NCBI RefSeq assembly: GCF_000372725.1
Contig: NW_005201392.1
Span: 1,183,184-1,247,183 of the forward strand
DNA from: Emiliania huxleyi CCMP1516
Lineage: Eukaryota
Length of the DNA stretch: 64,000 bases
Reading direction: 5' to 3'
Position numbers and translations under genes: made by a program. The notes under the pieces were generated by a model. It was not told where the DNA came from and made no database searches. It was given only the letters and a program-made list of their open reading frames with translations. Every line of letters starts with the position of its first letter. Position 1 is the stretch's first letter. Below are positions 60,496 to 64,000 of the stretch, one piece after another.

Positions 60496-61211
60496 TGCCT
60501 GTTTTCTTTCTTTTCTGCCACGAACACAGAAAAACAGAAAAACCGCGCCATTCGCTCTCACCTGGCAACCCTGTCTGCACGTCTCGCGCGCGCGTGAACA
60601 GGGCTCCAGGCCCCAAATGACGTGTGAGTGTTAGATTTGTTTGGTATTGCTAAAATCTCTCTCTCAGAAAAAGAACTAAAAAAATGGAGAACGAAGTGAC
60701 TAAAACAACACTGGGCACGGGACTATCGCGCGGTGTTGCAACGGGGGTTGCAACAACGACGCGTGACGCGCCGTTTCGCGTTTGGATTTTTGGAATTGTC
60801 GCTGACGCGGCACGCGGGCGGCGGGGTGAGACTGAGATCGTGTATGACGCGCGAGAGACACGAGATAGACGTGTCGAGACTCGCGAGTGACGCTGACGGG
60901 CGCGCGGCGGTGGATCGTGGTCTGAGAGAGAACATAGCTCGTCGGGTCTGTCATTTTTTATTGGCATGAGAGCCATTCGTTGACACGCACCGTCTGTCTC
61001 GCTCCTACCAGCTGCAATCCGAGTGTCACTGCTCGCTGGCTCTCGCTCTCGCGCCCTCCCGGCTGGTGCCTAGCGCGGCACGGAGCCTCCCAGAGACGCC
61101 TACATGTCCTCGAGTGCACGCGCACCGCCTGGATCTGGCGAGCTAGGGTTGGCCGCGGGCGGCTCGTGTAGTGACAAGGTCGGGAGGCGTGAGAGGAGAG
61201 GGCCTGCGTGA

Positions 61212-63330
61212 TCACTCATCATCCTCTGGCATCAGAAACCTCTGCCAGTCCTCGCGGTAGCACTCGCCGCCGCGGATGGGGTCGAAGCCGCACTTGTAAA
61301 AGGTGCCGTCGGCCGAGACGACGAGGAAGGAGTTTGTGTTCTCCGGAGCAAAGGCGCAGATCGTGCGGGTCAGCGCGCGCTCGGAGCCTAGAGAGGCTCG
61401 CCGCCGTGAGCACACCGTCCGCACTGGGGGAGGGGGAAGACGTCGCGGCGGCGCGCGTGGGGGAGGGCGGGGCGGTGAGGGCAAGCGCGAAGAGGAAGGG
61501 CCGCGAGAAGGGAGGGGGGGAGTGCGGCTCAGTGGAGGGGCGGGAGGAGAGGGCGGGGCGGGGCGGGGCGGGGTGGTTGGGGCGGGGCGGGGTGGGCCGG
61601 GATGGGGCGAGGTGGTTGGGAGGGGTGGGGTGGGGCGGGGTTGTTGGGGCGGGGCGGGGCGGGGAGCGCCTGGCATCCGGAACTGCGCAAAGCTCCACTG
61701 GGACTGGATGTAGGTTGGCACGAGCGACTTTGGCAGCAGCGAGCCGAGGAAGGAGAGGCTCGACCTGCTCGGGAGAGGGGGGGGGGGGGGATGGGGGAAA
61801 GGGGGGGGGGGGGGGAGATGTCGCCGAGGAAGGGGAGGCTCGACCGAGGGTTGTCCGGCGTGTCGGACGGGTAGGCGAGCGTAGTGGCGGGCACCGGCGG
61901 GGTGAGCTCGGGCGCCTGGTCGGCGTCGCCCTCCTGCAGCCGTGTATGGCGGCGTGGTGTGAGAGACAGCCGAGAGACAGCCGAGAGACAGCCGAGAGAC
62001 AGCCGAGAGACAGTCGAGAGATGCAGCCGAGAGACGGCCGCCCTCCTGCAGCTTGAAGACGTGTATGGTGCCGTGGTCCGAGCCGACGAGCAGCCAGCTC
62101 GAGTCGGCGTGGAAGTTCATGCACTGTTCACAGCTGCAGGTGTGAAGAGACGCCGTTCACAGCTCCGGAGGGACCACGCCGGTGTACTTGGATGGCGGCG
62201 GGCTCGGCGCCACGTCGCAGCTCCATCAGCCGCTGCCCCGAGCGGGTGTCCCAGACCCGCACCAGCGTGCCTATGCGGGACGTGTCGCGGACGTGTCCGA
62301 GACCGGAAGGGGACGCGTGCCCGCACCCCCCGCGCCAGCGTGCCTCGCTCCGACGCCGTGGCGAGCCGCGTCCCGTCCGGGTTGAGGGCGATGCAGGAGA
62401 GCGAGGCCTATGATGTTACACCAGAGTGTGTGATGTCGCATTGCATACGAGCTGAGGGCGATGCAGGAGAGCGACGCCTCGTGCGCGGAGATGAGGGTCG
62501 TGCGAGTGATGTCGAAGAGCTCGGCGCGCACGTGACCCTTTTGCAGCCCGCAGCAGGCGATGACGCACGCGCGCGAGTCCGCGCAGAGCGAGCAGAGCCC
62601 GCGCGGGTTCGAGATTGTCTCAATCGTGTGCAGCAGGTTCAGGTCTGCAAAGATGTGCACGGAGGTATAGCCGAGGTGAGGTATAGCCGAGGTGCAGCCG
62701 AGATATGGTCGCCCTCCTGCAAAGTTGTACACGTAGATCCGGTACTCGAGGACAACCACGACTCGCTCGCGGCTCATGCGGACCGCCTTGACCTCCGACC
62801 GGAAGGAGAGCTCGCCTAGAGAAGCCAGGGCTCGGGATCGAGTCCGCCTCCGCCTCCTTGACCCCCCACACCAGGCACGGCTCGCCGATGCAGCGGTTTT
62901 GGTGGTCGTCCCAGATCATGACCTTGTTGGGCGGGTAGCGCGGGTTGCGGCCGCCGCCGACGAGGGCGAGGATGTTGCAGCGGAAGAGCATCTCGACGAT
63001 CCCAATCCCGCCGTTGGTAAAGTCTGCGGCACGACCGGCCAGCTCACGTCGCGCGTGCGGCTCCGGTGTGTGTGGATCCGAGGAGGAACGCGTGAGGCGG
63101 ATAACTGTGAGGCGCGCACCTCTGCGGTAGGTCTGTCGGAAGGGGTCGCAGTTGAAGATGCGGAAGCCCGAGTCCGTCCCGCACGCGAAGCAGCCATTGT
63201 CCTGGTTGAAGCCGACGTATAGCACTGCGGGGCCGCAGCAAGCGTCAGGCAAGCACATGGGCGGCAACACGGGCGCGCGCGGTGGCGGCGGCTCACATTC
63301 GGAACACTGTTGAGAGTCGAGGCGCAGCAT
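61212..63330 (-). CDS. ATG18: PROPPIN / ATG18-WIPI family beta-propeller (WIPI3/4-like, LRRG motif; multi-exon)
   Basis: [83 protein letters not shown]. Confidence 0.95.
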
Positions 63331-63589
63331 TGTTTTGCGAACAACGTCGCTGACGGCCGGTGAATTGGGAATACCCCCGTCCGCTGTCTGCTGCTCGGAG
63401 CGCAACCGGCCAAGCTGAGCGGGCGGGCCTTGTTGGGCGATCAGAAAACAAATGCAGTCGGCCAGCCGCCCTCGCTTTTGCAAAGCGCCTGTTCACGGCA
63501 TGGAGGGTGAGCCACACCGAACGTACCGAGCGAAGGGCCGAGCGGAAGGAGGACGGGGAAGATGACTCGGAGGAGGACGAACCAGTGGA

Positions 63590-64000
63590 AATTCAGTTGT
63601 CAGATGTCACGATGCACCCGAAGGGGACCCCAGCGCCGGCATCATCCGTAGAGGCACGAGTGTTCGAAGAGAGAGTGGACCTGAGCAACAACATGACGTG
63701 TAGGCAAATGATCGGAGTGGGAGTCAGAAATGTGGTCCTTGCGCGAGGGGAGCTTGATAGACTCGAGGGGCCAGGATACGCCGCGAGGAGGACGGAGTTG
63801 CGCAAGGCGAAAGAAGCCGCGAGAACAAGGGACCGGCAGGCGGCGGCGTCGCAGGACGAGGCAGAAGAGAACGACGCGACAGAGGAGGAAGTGACAAGGG
63901 AGAGACCGACGAGAGTGGGACGGCCGCGAGGTGGCATGAAGGTTGCAGCGAGAAGCGGCGAGAGACTGCGAAAAGAGATACGAAGAGGCAGACTCCCCAG
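63590..64000 (+). mobile_element. LINE-derived fragment, inverted homolog of ~37690-38110; runs off the window
   Basis: ERVDLSNNMTCRQMIGVGVRNVVLARGELDRLEGP.YAARR matches the 37678-38043 minus-strand ORF. Confidence 0.75.

Noticed and set aside
6594..63330. Functional ubiquitin/autophagy gene cluster (F-box, UBA, ARI, ATG18, Sec1)
   Set aside because: Common eukaryotic gene classes interspersed with unrelated genes; no evidence of co-regulation

Overview
Eukaryotic, very GC-rich, intron-containing DNA with one 100-N gap (2197-2296). Frequent GC/GA splice donors, 10-11 bp intronic tandem repeats and the gene content suggest a haptophyte such as Emiliania/Gephyrocapsa (inference). About 20 genes can be reconstructed by hand. 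They include a giant proline-rich secreted protein, an F-box/RCC1 protein, a CCX-type Ca2+/cation exchanger, two alpha/beta hydrolases, a Rossmann-fold plastid-type protein, Sec1/Munc18, a DUF218-like protein, alternative oxidase, Mpv17, a SAP-domain protein, an Ariadne RBR E3 ligase and ATG18/WIPI. Degenerate LINE fragments, MITE-like inverted repeats and microsatellites lie between them. Highlights: (1) a spliced gene fusing a MacroD-type macrodomain to archease, the RtcB RNA-ligase cofactor; (2) a conserved intronic motif GCGTCTCTTCAC, usually followed by a variable hairpin, just before the 3' AG in several unrelated genes; (3) many introns whose ends duplicate adjacent exon sequence; (4) three copies of a secreted 'DPH...RRL' domain in shuffled architectures, two of them as a divergent pair enclosed by a duplicated promoter block. 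All exon boundaries are manual estimates and no database searches were run.
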